A stretch of DNA of 42,835 bases, the filler included, from an uncultured virus (IMG/VR IMGVR_UViG_2061766007_001633) (taxonomy: Duplodnaviria > Heunggongvirae > Uroviricota > Caudoviricetes). It is 5 parts of one record of this genome, joined end to end, with 100 filler letters (N's around TTAATTAATTAA, not from the genome) between each part and the next. Parts side by side here need not be neighbours in the genome. Positions count along the whole stretch, not along the records: positions 23,811 to 41,535 come from IMGVR_UViG_2061766007_001633; 4 more parts are not named here. One strand, 5' to 3'. Positions within the stretch are counted from its first letter, which is position 1, and every line of letters begins with the position of its first letter. The translations under genes and the position numbers were made by a program. Below the pieces are notes generated by a model that saw nothing but the letters and a program-made list of their open reading frames with translations, had not been told where the DNA came from and made no database searches. Shown here piece by piece: positions 29,027-40,718 of this stretch.

Positions 29027-30676
29027 ATGGCAAGAGCTGCAAAGAAAGAAACGGCAGTATCGCTGGAAACCGTATTGTGGAACTGCCGTGTTGCCCTGCG
29101 TGGCGTGGGCAGTACTGAGAAAAATAGAGATGCTGTTATTGCACTGGTGTTCTTGAAGTTCGCCGGGGACAAGTTTGAAAAGCGTCGTGCAGAGCTTATT
29201 GCACAGTACGGCGAGATTCCCGCATTTTTGGAGAAAGCCTCTTTCTACAATGCGGTGAATGTGTTCTATCTGAAAGAGACCGCTCGTTGGTCCTATATCG
29301 TAAAGCATGCGTCCGCTAACGACATCGCAGTTATTATCGATCAGGCGATGGCTGATATTGAAGATAGCAATCCTCCGCTGAAAGGAACACTGCCGCTAAA
29401 CCTGTTTGCCTCTCTCGGCGCAGATAAATCCAAGATTAAAGACCTCATTGATAACGTTAACCTGATCGACGAGAAACGCTTCCAAGAGGAAGACCTAATC
29501 GGTCGAGTATATGAATACTTCCTTCAGGCCTACGCTGCGGCTGGAACGAAGGAAGAAGGCGAGTTTTATACACCGGCCTGTGTTGTTAGGCTGATCGCAG
29601 AAATGATCGAGCCTTTCAGCGGGGTCGTGTACGATCCCTGTTGCGGTTCTGGGGGAATGTTTGTACAGTCCCTAAAGTTCGTTGACCGCCATCAAGGGAA
29701 CCGTCAGAAGGTTTCTATTATCGGACAAGAGAGCGTTGCCGAGACGTGGCGGCTCTGCAAGATGAACCTCGCCATTCGTGGCATTGCCCATAACCTCGGT
29801 GAAAAGAATGATTCGACCTTTACCAACGATCTGCACAAGGACCGTAAGGTCGACTTCATCATGGCCAATCCTCCGTTCAATCTTAAGAACTGGAGAAAAG
29901 AGGACGAACTGACCGACGATCCTCGTTTTACCGGTTTCAGCGTTATGCCGCCGGTGGCCAATGCGAACTATGCATGGATTCTCCACATGCTCTCCAAGTT
30001 GGATGTCAGTCACGGTATTGCCGGATTCCTTCTGGCCAACGGCGCACTGAACGCAGATGGCGACGAATTCACCCTTCGCAAAGAAATCCTTGAAAAGGAC
30101 CGTGTGGAGGCTATTATCGTTTTGCCTCGTGATATGTTCTATACCACGGATATTTCTGTCACCCTCTGGATTATCAACATGAACAAGAAGGCCGGAACGG
30201 TGAACGGAAGACAGCTCCGGGATCGTACCCATGAAATTCTTTTCATGGATCTCCGTCGCTGGGATGAGAACATTGAGGAGATCGTGATCGACAAAGGTAA
30301 GAAAAAGAAAAAGATTGTGCTCACTGACAAGCAGATCGCACAGGTCAAAGAAGTGTATAACAATTGGCAAAGTGTGGATACCAGCCTTTATTCTGACGTC
30401 CCGGAATTCTGTAGGGCGGTTAAACTTTTCAACTCGGATTTAACAGAGGACGAAAAGAAAATGTTGAAGGATGGGAAGCTCGCAACTGTTGAGTCAAAAA
30501 ACTATTCGCTGGCTCCAAGCAAATACATTGAGTTCATCGACCATGACATGGATATAGATTACGCTTCTGAGATGACAAGGATTCAGACTGAGATGCAAGC
30601 TGTGCTTGCAGATGAAAAACGGTCTCAGGTTATGTTGGAGGAGGCATTTAGGGGGATCGGTTATGGCATTAACTAA
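29027..30676 (+). CDS. hsdM: Type I R-M methyltransferase subunit M
   Basis: GEFYTP, YDPCCGSGGMF motif I, MANPPFN motif IV, NYSLAPSKYI. Confidence 0.95.
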   Translation: MARAAKKETAVSLETVLWNCRVALRGVGSTEKNRDAVIALVFLKFAGDKFEKRRAELIAQYGEIPAFLEKASFYNAVNVFYLKETARWSYIVKHASANDIAVIIDQAMADIEDSNPPLKGTLPLNLFASLGADKSKIKDLIDNVNLIDEKRFQEEDLIGRVYEYFLQAYAAAGTKEEGEFYTPACVVRLIAEMIEPFSGVVYDPCCGSGGMFVQSLKFVDRHQGNRQKVSIIGQESVAETWRLCKMNLAIRGIAHNLGEKNDSTFTNDLHKDRKVDFIMANPPFNLKNWRKEDELTDDPRFTGFSVMPPVANANYAWILHMLSKLDVSHGIAGFLLANGALNADGDEFTLRKEILEKDRVEAIIVLPRDMFYTTDISVTLWIINMNKKAGTVNGRQLRDRTHEILFMDLRRWDENIEEIVIDKGKKKKKIVLTDKQIAQVKEVYNNWQSVDTSLYSDVPEFCRAVKLFNSDLTEDEKKMLKDGKLATVESKNYSLAPSKYIEFIDHDMDIDYASEMTRIQTEMQAVLADEKRSQVMLEEAFRGIGYGIN

Positions 30677-31775
30677 ACTGGGGCTTTATATAGAGCCAAT
30701 AGATATCAGAAATGCAGACGACCGATATGGAGAGGATTCCGTCGTAGGTCTCTCTACACAAAAACAGATTATAAGAACAAAGGCCGATTTGGAGGGAGTC
30801 AAACTAACGTCTTATAAAGTATTTGCCCCAAAAACATTTGCCTATGTTCCGGACACCTCAAGACGTGGGGATAAGATGTCACTTGCATATAACTCAACAG
30901 AAGAGACATTCTTGGTGTCATCTATTTCCACAGTTTTTCGAGTGTCAAAGACGGATTTGCTTTTACCAGAATATTTGTTTATGTATTTTAATCGACCGGA
31001 ATTTGATCGTTATGCCAGATTTAATTCTTGGGGATCTGCCCGTGAAACTTTTTCTTGGGATGAGATGTGCGATATAGATATTGATCTTCCAGAAGTTAAA
31101 GTGCAAAAAAAGTATGTAGACATCTACAGTGCTATGCTATCCAACCAGCAAAGCTATGAGCGTGGACTTGAAGATTTGAAATTGCTGTGTGATGCCTATA
31201 TTGAAAACTTAAGGAAAAGAATCCCCTGCAAAAAAATAGGTCCATTTCTCACACGGCATGATGTGAGAAACGGGCCGAACGGCACCCAAAATGTTATGGG
31301 GATAAGCACAAGTAAGGAGTTTAGGATTCCAACGTCTAAGGTCAACCGTGATGAGCTATCAAACTATAAGGTTGTGAGGCCTCGTCAGATTGGATTTGTA
31401 CAGACAACGCATAACGAGAAGGTTTTTGCCTATGCTTTCAATAACACAGATCAGGACATTGTAATATCATCTGTTAACGAAGTTTTCTCGACAGATGAAC
31501 AAGTATTGCTGCCAGAGTATCTTGCGATGTTCTTTAACCGAACTGAATTTGATCGATATGCAAGATTTCACTCTTGGGGATCTGCAAGAGAAACGTTTAC
31601 GTGGAATGATCTGGTTGATGTAGAAATTCCAATTGCGGACATTGATGTTCAAAAAGCAATTGCTGAGATTTATACAGCATATAAAAGCCGCAAAGCGATA
31701 AATGAACGACTGAAAGCTCAGATTAAGGATCTTTGTCCTATCCTTATTAAAGGAGCAGTTGAGGAAGCCGTTTGA
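30663..31775 (+). CDS. hsdS: Type I R-M specificity subunit S
   Basis: ATG overlaps the hsdM end; two TRD halves each ending LLPEYL..FNR.EFDRYARF.SWGSARETF.W...P...Q followed by helices. Confidence 0.92.
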   Translation: MALTKLGLYIEPIDIRNADDRYGEDSVVGLSTQKQIIRTKADLEGVKLTSYKVFAPKTFAYVPDTSRRGDKMSLAYNSTEETFLVSSISTVFRVSKTDLLLPEYLFMYFNRPEFDRYARFNSWGSARETFSWDEMCDIDIDLPEVKVQKKYVDIYSAMLSNQQSYERGLEDLKLLCDAYIENLRKRIPCKKIGPFLTRHDVRNGPNGTQNVMGISTSKEFRIPTSKVNRDELSNYKVVRPRQIGFVQTTHNEKVFAYAFNNTDQDIVISSVNEVFSTDEQVLLPEYLAMFFNRTEFDRYARFHSWGSARETFTWNDLVDVEIPIADIDVQKAIAEIYTAYKSRKAINERLKAQIKDLCPILIKGAVEEAV

Positions 31776-31789
31776 AAGGAGGTGCCATA

Positions 31790-34700
31790 GTGGACTACAT
31801 CTTTGAAAAAGGCAAGTTCACCGAAGATGAGCTGGAACATGCCATAATCGAGCTTTTTGAAAAGCAAGAGTACATCTATGTGCCGGGTGAAAACATACAC
31901 AGGCAGTATGAGGATATTCTGCTTGTGGACGATTTGCGCTCATTCCTCTCAGCTCGTTATGCCAAAAGCGGACTGAGCGAAGTTGAAATGCAGAAGATTA
32001 TCAACAAGCTCGCTTTGATTCAGGCCACACCGCTCTATCTTGGAAATCGGGAGGCATTCTGGCTGGTCAATGAGGGCTTTGACCTTGTGCGTGATGACAT
32101 CAGTCAAGTGGCTCTTCATGTGGACTACATCGACTTCGATCATCCGGAGAATAACATCTTCAAAGTTGTAAACCAGTATTCAGTTCAGGGCGAGCACCTG
32201 CGTCGTCCAGATCTACTTGTGTTTATCAACGGCATCCCGATTGCGATCTGCGAGTTCAAAACGGCTATCGAAGAGGACACTACTATCCATGACGCTTGGG
32301 AGCAGATTACCATCCGTTACACCCGTGACATTCCCAAGCTCATGAAGTATTGCTTCCTCTCGGTCATCAGCGATGGGGCCAACACCCGGCTCGGAAGCAT
32401 CTTCACGCCTTACAAGTTCTATTACTCGTGGAATAAGGCGAATGACACCGACAAGGTTTCCAACGGTATCAGCTCTCTGCTGACCATGATTGAGGGAGCT
32501 TTTGCAAAGGATCGTGTGCTGCAGATCCTTCGAGACTTCATCTTCTATCCGGATGACAGCAAAAAGGATGAGGCGATCGTCTGCNNNNNNNNNNNNNNNN
32601 NNNNNNNNNNNNNNNNNNNCACACAAGATGCTCGATAACATCAGGGAACACATGCGTCCTGAAGGCGACGGCAAAGGCGGTACATACTTCGGAGCTACCG
32701 GCTGCGGTAAAACTTATACGATGCTGTTCCTTTCCCGGCTAATTGCACTCCGGGATAACGAAGCATTCAACAATCCCACAATTGTAATTCTGGAGGACCG
32801 TGAAGATCTGGATACCCAGACCTCGGAACTGTTCGTTACCGCAAAGAAGTATCTTCATCAGAGTGATGTCCGCAGCATTGAGAGCCGTGAAGATATGGAA
32901 AAAACGCTGCGGGACAAGCCGAGCGGAGGCGTCTATATCACCACAATACAGAAATTCTGCGAAAAGACCGGCCTTCTCTCTGACCGCAGCAATATTATAT
33001 GCATTTCCGACGAGGCCCATAGAACGCAGACCGGTGTCGGAGCAAAATTGAAGAAAACTGACAAGGGTGTATTCACCACTTACGGGTTTGCCAAATACCT
33101 GCGTGACAGTTTCCCGAATGCGACGTACTGCGGTTTTACCGGTACGCCGATTGATGAAACTATCGCAGTTTTCGGTCGTGTTGTTGACAGCTACACGATG
33201 AAAGAATCCAGCGATGACGGCATTACCGTCCGCATCGCTTATGAGCCGAGATTGGCCCGTGTTATTGTATCGGACGAACAGGCCAAAGAAATCGAAAAGT
33301 ACTATCAGCAGTGTGCTGCCGAAGGTTCCAATCCGGAACAGATCGAGGAAAGCAAACGGGCCATGAGCCGCATGTCTGCAATTCTCGGTCATCCTGAAAG
33401 ACTCAAGAAACTGGCAGCAGATGTTGTGACCCACTATGAGTCTCTCTGCGCTGAAAAGCCGGAAGTCGTGCAGAAGGCTATGATTGTCTGTGCTGATAGG
33501 CCTTTAGCCTTTAAGGTGCTGAAAGCTATCGAAGCGATCCGTCCGGAATGGTTCGTAAAGAAAAAGGCAGAACACGAAGATCAGCTCACCCGTGAACAGC
33601 TTGATAAGCTCGTCGCCTTGCCTATGATCAATATGGTGGCGACTCAGGGTCAAAACGATGAGAAGGAGCTCTACGACCTTTGCGGCACAAAGGAATATCG
33701 CAAGATGCTGGACCGCCAGTTCAAGAACAACGATTCCAACTTCCGGATCGCCGTTGTTGTTGACATGTGGATCACCGGCTTTGATGTTCCGTCCCTCGCT
33801 GTCATGTACATCGATAAGCCGCTGCAGAAGCATACGCTCATCCAGACGATTTCCCGTGTCAACCGTGTGTTTGATGGCAAGGACAGAGGCCTTGTTGTCG
33901 ACTATATCGGAATCAAGAATGATATGATGGAGGCTGTCAAGAAATATGGCGGCCCACAGGAAAGTCCGATNNNNNNNNNNNNNNNCTCCATCTTCAGAAA
34001 CCACCTCGCATTGATAGATGAGCTTCTGGATGGATTTAACGCTTCCAAATTCTTCAGCGGAACTCCGTTAGAGCGTCTCAATTGCTTAAATGCAGCTGCC
34101 GAGTATGTGCAGTTGAAAAAGGAAATGCAGACAAGGTTCATGGGCCTTTCTCGCAGATTGAAGAGTGCCTATATGATCTGCTTCCCGTCCGGCGAATTGA
34201 CCGATGCCGAAACAGCTAAAGCTCAATTCTATCTGGCGATCCGTTCCATCATTTATAAGCAGACAAAGGGTGATGCTCCGGATGCTGAAGTGATGAACAG
34301 CGTCGTTGAAGAAATGGTCAAAGATGCTATCACCTGCACCGGCATAGAGAACATCGTAGACGAGCACAAATCAGTCGATCTGTTCAGCGATGACTTCTTG
34401 GAAGAACTGGATAAAGTCAATCTTCCGATTACAAAATTCAATGCCTTGCTCAAACTCCTCAAGAAGGCTATTACTTCTTATGGCCGCACAAACAAAGTTA
34501 AGGCTATCGAGTTTGACGAGCGGCTGCGTCAGGTGGTCGATGCGTATAACAGTAGAGACAAGCTCGTGTTCACCAGCGAGGTTGTTGCCGACTTCGTTAA
34601 CGACCTGTCCGATCAGCTGATCAAGATAATGAATGATCTGAAAGCCGATCAGACTTCCTTCGAGCGACTGGGCATTTCCTATGAGGAAAAGGCGTTTTAT

Positions 34701-34964
34701 GACATTCTCGTAAAGGTTCGTGATGACCACGGATTCCCGTATGCGGACGAGAAGTGTCTTGTCTTAGCAAAAAAGATTAAAGAACTTGTCGATGACAAAG
34801 CTCAGTTTGCTGACTGGTCTACCCGTGATGACATCAAGAATCAGCTCAACATGGATTTGACCGTACTTCTTTATCAGAACGGATATCCGCCTGAGTGGGA
34901 TGAAGAGGTCTTTGAGAAGGTCATGGAGCAGGCCGAAAACTTCAAAAGATATAGCGACCAATAA
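31790..34964 (+). CDS. hsdR: Type I R-M restriction subunit R (two internal N gaps)
   Basis: AAAGGAGG then GTG 31790; RRPDLLVFINGIPIAICEFK nuclease motif; GATGCGKT; DEAHR; FTGTP; QTISRVNR. Confidence 0.95.
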
Positions 34965-34985
34965 TTTCTGGAGGTGGCACAGTTC

Positions 34986-35886
34986 ATGAACATCAATTTG
35001 GCAAAAACCGTAAACGATAAAGACTTTAATCAAGTCTTCACAGAGGTCTTCCATTCGGAGGGCCTTGGTGTGCATGCCAATAGTGAACTACGCCTATTCC
35101 GGCTAAAAGATGTGACTGATTTCCATTTTTCTCAGGATAATCTACTGACTTTTTTGGAGAGGAATATCGGTCGGTATGTGTTTTCCCGCTCCAAACTTGA
35201 GAAGTTCCATCTGGATGGCGACGACCATCTGGTGGGTATTAAGGCTCTGGACATCATGCATAAAAACGGAGCTGCTGACCAACGTGGGACGGGCAACGAA
35301 ATGGGCGAGATTCTCCTGTACGCATTCCTTGAGACGGTGCTGGGGGCTCCCAAGATTTATAGCAAGGTCGAGCTAACATCGGCGGTAAAGAGCGGAACCA
35401 GCTCCAGCGATGGAATGCATATAAAAGTTCTCTCTGCTGATGACACATCAGTCACCTTCGAGATGGTTTTCGGGGTTTCCAGCGTTGTAGGAGGCTTCGA
35501 TGATGCCATCAACAATGCGTTTGACCATATCCAGCAAGTCAATTCCAGAACAAGCGATGAGATCCAAATCGTAAACAGCACGATTTTCGAACTGCCTGAA
35601 GATGATCCTGTTGTTCGAGAACTCAGGCCGATCATCAAGCCAGAACCGAACAAGCAGGTCAATCGTGATTCAGCCTTTGGAGTTTTTGTCGGTTATTCTC
35701 TCGGTCTGGACAAGTCAAAATACACCGCTCAGGAATACCGGGACATGATTGAAAAGAAAATGGATGCTGACATTCTTTACTATGCGCCACAAATCCGTGA
35801 TCGCATAAATAAGATGGGCCTCCATAATCGCTCCTTCTATATCTATGTACTTCCTTTGGATGATGCGGAGGAAGACAAAAAATCTA
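34986..35886 (+). CDS. hamA: Hachiman HamA-like (DUF1837) protein; 3' end in gap; alternative GTG start at 34974
   Basis: GEILLYAFLETVLGAPKIYSKVEL, SDGMH, FGVFVGY, FYIYVLP motifs; directly upstream of a Ski2-like helicase. Confidence 0.8.
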
Positions 35887-35924
35887 NNNNNNNNNNNNNN
35901 NNNNNNNNNNNNNNNNNNNNNNNN

Positions 35925-38532
35925 CCAACAGCAATAAAAAGTTTGGCGAGGCGTTCTTCGCAGAACTGAATGACGACACATATCTTCATAAGATTTACGA
36001 GGACATCCTTTTCAACTATTCGATAAAGGTATTCAGTTTTAAGAAACGGGCCAAGCGTCATATTCCGAAGATCGATGCATTAACCTTTGCCGATCTTCTT
36101 TCAAAATCGAACCACAGCACTCTTGCGGACTCCCAAAAGATGTGGGCTCAGGAAATTGTCACGATGCTCCATTATCTCTATCCGGATGATCCGACGGTAA
36201 CCTATATGACCGGAGTGGTCCTCGCCAACCTCGGAAACTATCAAGGTCAGAAGCTCATTGACTCCACCTTTGATGGTATTGATGCGCTGGATCGCATTTT
36301 TGGCGAATTCAAAAAAGACTACCTCACAATTCCTGCTGACCAAGGCAAACGATTTATGAGTGCTCAGAAGCAGGTTTATGACCATCTGCAGGACGACTAT
36401 TTTAGTTATTCCGGCCCTACGTCAATGGGAAAGTCGTACATCATGCGGATGTTCATCAAACAACAGATTCTTTCCGGGGCGAGAGACAATTTTGCCATCA
36501 TCGTTCCGACCAAGGCGTTAATAAACGAGGTTCGCACAAAAATCACGGAAGACTTAGGTTTGTCGCTGAAGGAACACAGATACCATCTGGTTACGGCTGC
36601 TGGNNNNNNNNNNNNNNNNNNNNNNNNNNNNNNNNNNNNNNNACGAGCAGACGGTATGTGTTCATCATGACTCCGGAGCGGCTGCTTTATCTTTTGATGA
36701 ACGAAAAGGATATCCAGCTTGACTACCTTTTCATTGATGAAGCGCAGAAACTCTCCGGCGATGATACAAGAAGTCCATTCTATTATCAAGTCGTGCAGAT
36801 TCTGAGCGAAGCGGAACAGAAGCCCCATATCATATTTGCTTCTCCGAATGTTCCAAATCCGCAGGTGTATTTGAACCTGATATCCGGGGTTGAGACGGAA
36901 ACACTCTACCAGCATAAGCTGGCCTCTGCGTTCTCGCCGGTTACTCAAATCAAATTCCTGATAAATCTTGAGAGCAAAGAAGTCAGCGTCTATAACGAAC
37001 ACACGAAGAAACTGATCCCTATCACCTCTGTGGCCCTGCCAGATGCTGATTTAACAGATGTCCTTCTGCGATTTGAGAAAGATGATCAGGGTAACGAAAA
37101 ACAATGCATTGTCTATTTCTCATCTGTGAGAAAAACGGTAGACGCCGCTCGGTACTTTGCTGCTAACCGTGTGGCTAAGACCGACAACGCTGAACTTATG
37201 GAACTCGCAAAAGACATTAAAAACGAGGTCCATAATGACTATTACCTTGCAGAACTCATTTCTAAAGGGGTTGCATACCACATTGGTTATCTTCCTGCTT
37301 CTATTCGACAGCGGATCGAACGACTGTTTCACGAGGGAGCGATCACGGCATTGTTCTGCACGAGTACGCTTGTGGAGGGCGTGAACCTTCCCGCAGACAA
37401 TCTTTTTATAACGGATTTCAAAAATGGCCGGTCGCATATGTCAGCAATCGACTTTAGAAATCTGATCGGTCGTGTTGGGAGGCTTGAATACAATCTATAC
37501 GGAAATGTCTTTCTTGTTGCTATAAACGAAANNNNNNNNNNNNNNNNNNNNNNNNNNNNNNNNNNNNNNNNNNNNNNNNNNNNNNNNNNNNNNNNNNNNN
37601 NNNNNNNNNNNNNNNNNNNNNNNNNNNNNNNNNNNNNNNNNNNNNNNNNNNNNNNNNNNNNNNNNNNNNNNNNNNNNNNNNNNNNNNNNNNNNNNNNNNN
37701 NNNNNNNNNNNNNNNNNNNNNNNNNNNNNNNNNNNNNNNNNNNNNNNNNNNNNNNNNNNNNNNNNNNNNNNNNNNNNNNNNNNNNTCGGAGAAGGAAATA
37801 AAGCCTGATGACGATATTACCGTTTCCATCGATCAGACGGAATCCTTATATGAGGCCATAGCTTATAATGGTTTGGAGTTCCCAACGGTAGATGACAACG
37901 GAGAGTTTGACGGAAAGCAGCTGCTTCCGTTCCTTGAAAGACTATGTGGCATTTTCAATTGGGAACGGTACGAATCAGATACGCTTGGTCATGTCGGTAA
38001 AATTTCGCAAAAACACGGTAAGTTGAGCTGGTATGCTGTAATTCTGAGCCAGTGGGTCCGTGGAGCTGGGTTGAATCAAATCATGTTTCAGGCAATTGCA
38101 AACAAAAAGCAGAATCCGATAGATGCCCTGTTCATAGAGAATCAGTTCGTCGATTATAACGATTCCAGAGAGCACAGGAACATTGTCATCTCCGACGTCC
38201 TGAGTGTGATCGATAAAATAATCCTATTCAAGTTCTCCAATTACTTCTTGAAGGTGGCAAAAGCCTACAAGGAAATCCGAGGACAGGACCCGAAGGACAA
38301 TTGGTACGAGTTTGTTGAGTATGGCTCGACGAACAAAAGGGCCATTGCTATTCAAAAACACGGCTTTTCCAGAGAGTCGGCAATGTACATTCTTCGCCAA
38401 GGTCAGAAATACATTGCAGCTGATGAACCGGAATTGAAACTGCATCGTAGCATCCTTGAGTGCCCGAATAAGGGCGTTCGGAACGATGCAGACATGATAC
38501 AATACAATATCCCGGACTTGTTCGTGGATTAA
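35925..38532 (+). CDS. hamB: Hachiman HamB-like SF2 (Ski2-type DEAD/DEAH) helicase; start in gap
   Basis: Frame open from about 35927 (NSNKKFGEAFF...); SGPTSMGKS; IVPTKALINE; IDEAQK; GVAYHIG; CTSTLVEGVNLP; NLIGRVGR. Confidence 0.85.
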
Positions 38533-38550
38533 AAAAGAGGAGGAAAAACA

Positions 38551-38867
38551 ATGCAGCTGAAACTTTTTATGAAAAAAGATCGAATTGGCGTAGATGCAAA
38601 GGCTATTTTTGACACAGATACAAAAGCAACAGTGGTATTGAAAGGATCGAAACTCTCGGCCACTATTACGGATGCTCCNNNNNNNNNNNNNNNNNNNNNN
38701 NNNNNNNAGCACGAGAAGGTTGTGTCATAGACAACATTCTGCAGAAAGACCTTGCCTTCAAAAGCCCTTCCACGGCAGGCAATGTAGTTACAGGACGTAG
38801 TACAGATGGATTGCAAGCGTGGAAAACAGAGGACGGAAAAGTATTAAAAGAGGCTCTTTCCAAATAA
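38551..38867 (+). CDS. Standalone DUF4357 (RAMA-like) protein, about 105 aa, missed by the ORF track because of a gap
   Basis: GAGGAGG RBS; MQLKLFMKK...VVLKGSKLS...DLAFKSPSTAGNVVTGRSTDGLQAWKTEDGKVLKE. Confidence 0.78.
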
Positions 38868-38911
38868 TGCGCAAAGCCCATGACAATAAAGAGCCGCAGG
38901 AGGAACGGTAG

Positions 38912-40701
38912 ATGCAACAGATTTTTAGCAACACGACATTAACAGTCAATCAGCTGATCGAAAAGATCGATACAGGAGAACTTGGCCTTCCGGAGCTTCA
39001 GAGGCCGTTCATCTGGAAGGATTCAAAGGTGCGTGATTTGTTCGATTCCATGATGTGCGGGTATCCCATCGGTTATTTGATGCTGTGGGAGTGCCCTACG
39101 CTTGAGAAGAAGAAAACCATTGGAACAGATACCCACAACTATGAATCTCCGAAGCAGGTTATCATTGATGGCCAGCAGAGACTGACCTCCCTTTATGCCG
39201 TCATGAAAGGGAAAAAAGTCATCAATTCAAAATACGACGAAAAGTCTATCGTGATTTCCTACTGCCCGGTGAGGAACAAGTTTGAGGTTGGTTATCAGGC
39301 AACGAAGAAGGACCCGGAATGGATCTACAATATCAGCGAAGTGTTCACCACATCGAATATTACCAAGCTGATCATCAACTTTACCAAGAGGCTGGATGAA
39401 TATCGAACCTCCAAAGGTGAAACGCTGAGCGATGAGGAACAGGATTTGATTTCCGAAAACATCACTGCGCTTTCAAATCTGAAACAGCATACGCTTCCAG
39501 TATTTGACATCAAGGCTAATGCCGAGGAAGAGGATGTTTCAGAGATCTTTGTTCGTGTTAACTCCGGTGGCGTGGCATTGAAGCAAAACGACTTTATCCT
39601 GACGCTCCTTTCGCTCTATTGGGATGAGGGCCGGAAAGAGATCGAACAATTCAGCATGGAGTCAACATATCCCTCCAAGGACAAAATCACATCGTACAAT
39701 CAGCTCACCGAGGTCACAGCACAGGATGTTATTCGTGTGGTTATGGCGTATGCTTTTGACCGAGCTCGTTTGAAATATGGATACAAACTGCTTCGTGGAG
39801 CTGACTTCGACAAAAAAGGTGCTGTTGATGAAACTCTGCGTGATCAGCGTTTCGATGTGCTGAAGGCAAAGCTCCCAGACGTTCTCAACGTTCATAACTG
39901 GCACGAGTTCTTGAAATCTATCATGAATGCCGGTTATCTGTCCGGTGATCTGATTCTTTCGGGAAACGCAATTTACTACACCTATGCGTTCTACCTTATC
40001 GCAAAGTATAGGTTCAATGCGTCATATAACGAAAACATGCATCTGACCTCACTGTGGTTTTTCTATGCGTCTCTTGTCTCGCTCTATACCGGATCGTTTG
40101 AATCCACGGTTGAAAACCACCTGAACTCTATCAAGGAGCTCACGTTGTTGGAAGAATACAAACGGTTCATTCTGTCGAGGGTTGAGGAGCGGCTTACAAA
40201 TGACTACTTCGACATCACACTTATTGGTTCTGAGGGTCTGGCAGTATCAGGCCGAGGTAACAATGCGTGGAATGCCTATGTAGCGGCCTTGAACATTCTA
40301 AATGCAAAAATCCTGTTCTCAAAGAGCAATCTGCTCGTCAGCAAGTTGTTCGAGCCCGGTACCGACGGCAAGAGAAAGTCGCTGGAGAAGCATCACCTGT
40401 TCCCGAAGGCTTATCTGAAGACGCTGGGATACAACGATNNNNNNNNNNNNNNNNNNNNNNNNNNNNNNNNNNNNTCGATTGGAAAGATAATATGGAGATA
40501 CTCGATGAAGCTCCTTCGATTTATTATCCGGTCGTTTGTGCTGGCCGCAGCCCTGAAGAAATCCAGAGGATGGAAGAAGAAAATGCTCTTCCGCACGGCT
40601 GGGAAAACATGTCATATGAGGATTTCCTGATCGAGCGGAGAAAGCTAATGGCGGCAAAGATAAAACATGCCTTTGAGATTTTGAAGAATAACGCCAACTG
40701 A
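38912..40701 (+). CDS. GmrSD-like type IV restriction protein (DUF262 plus C-terminal HNH-like domain)
   Basis: LPELQRPFIW, GYPIGYLMLW, IIDGQQRLTSL, IFVRVNSGG; EKHHLFPK; frame continues after the gap to the stop at 40701. Confidence 0.88.
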
Positions 40702-40718
40702 GATGCGGGGATAAGCAT

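Noticed and set aside
32490..32638. Split or frameshifted hsdR (likewise hamB and the GmrSD-like gene)
   Set aside because: Frame changes coincide with N gaps of estimated length, so there is no evidence for pseudogenes or programmed frameshifts
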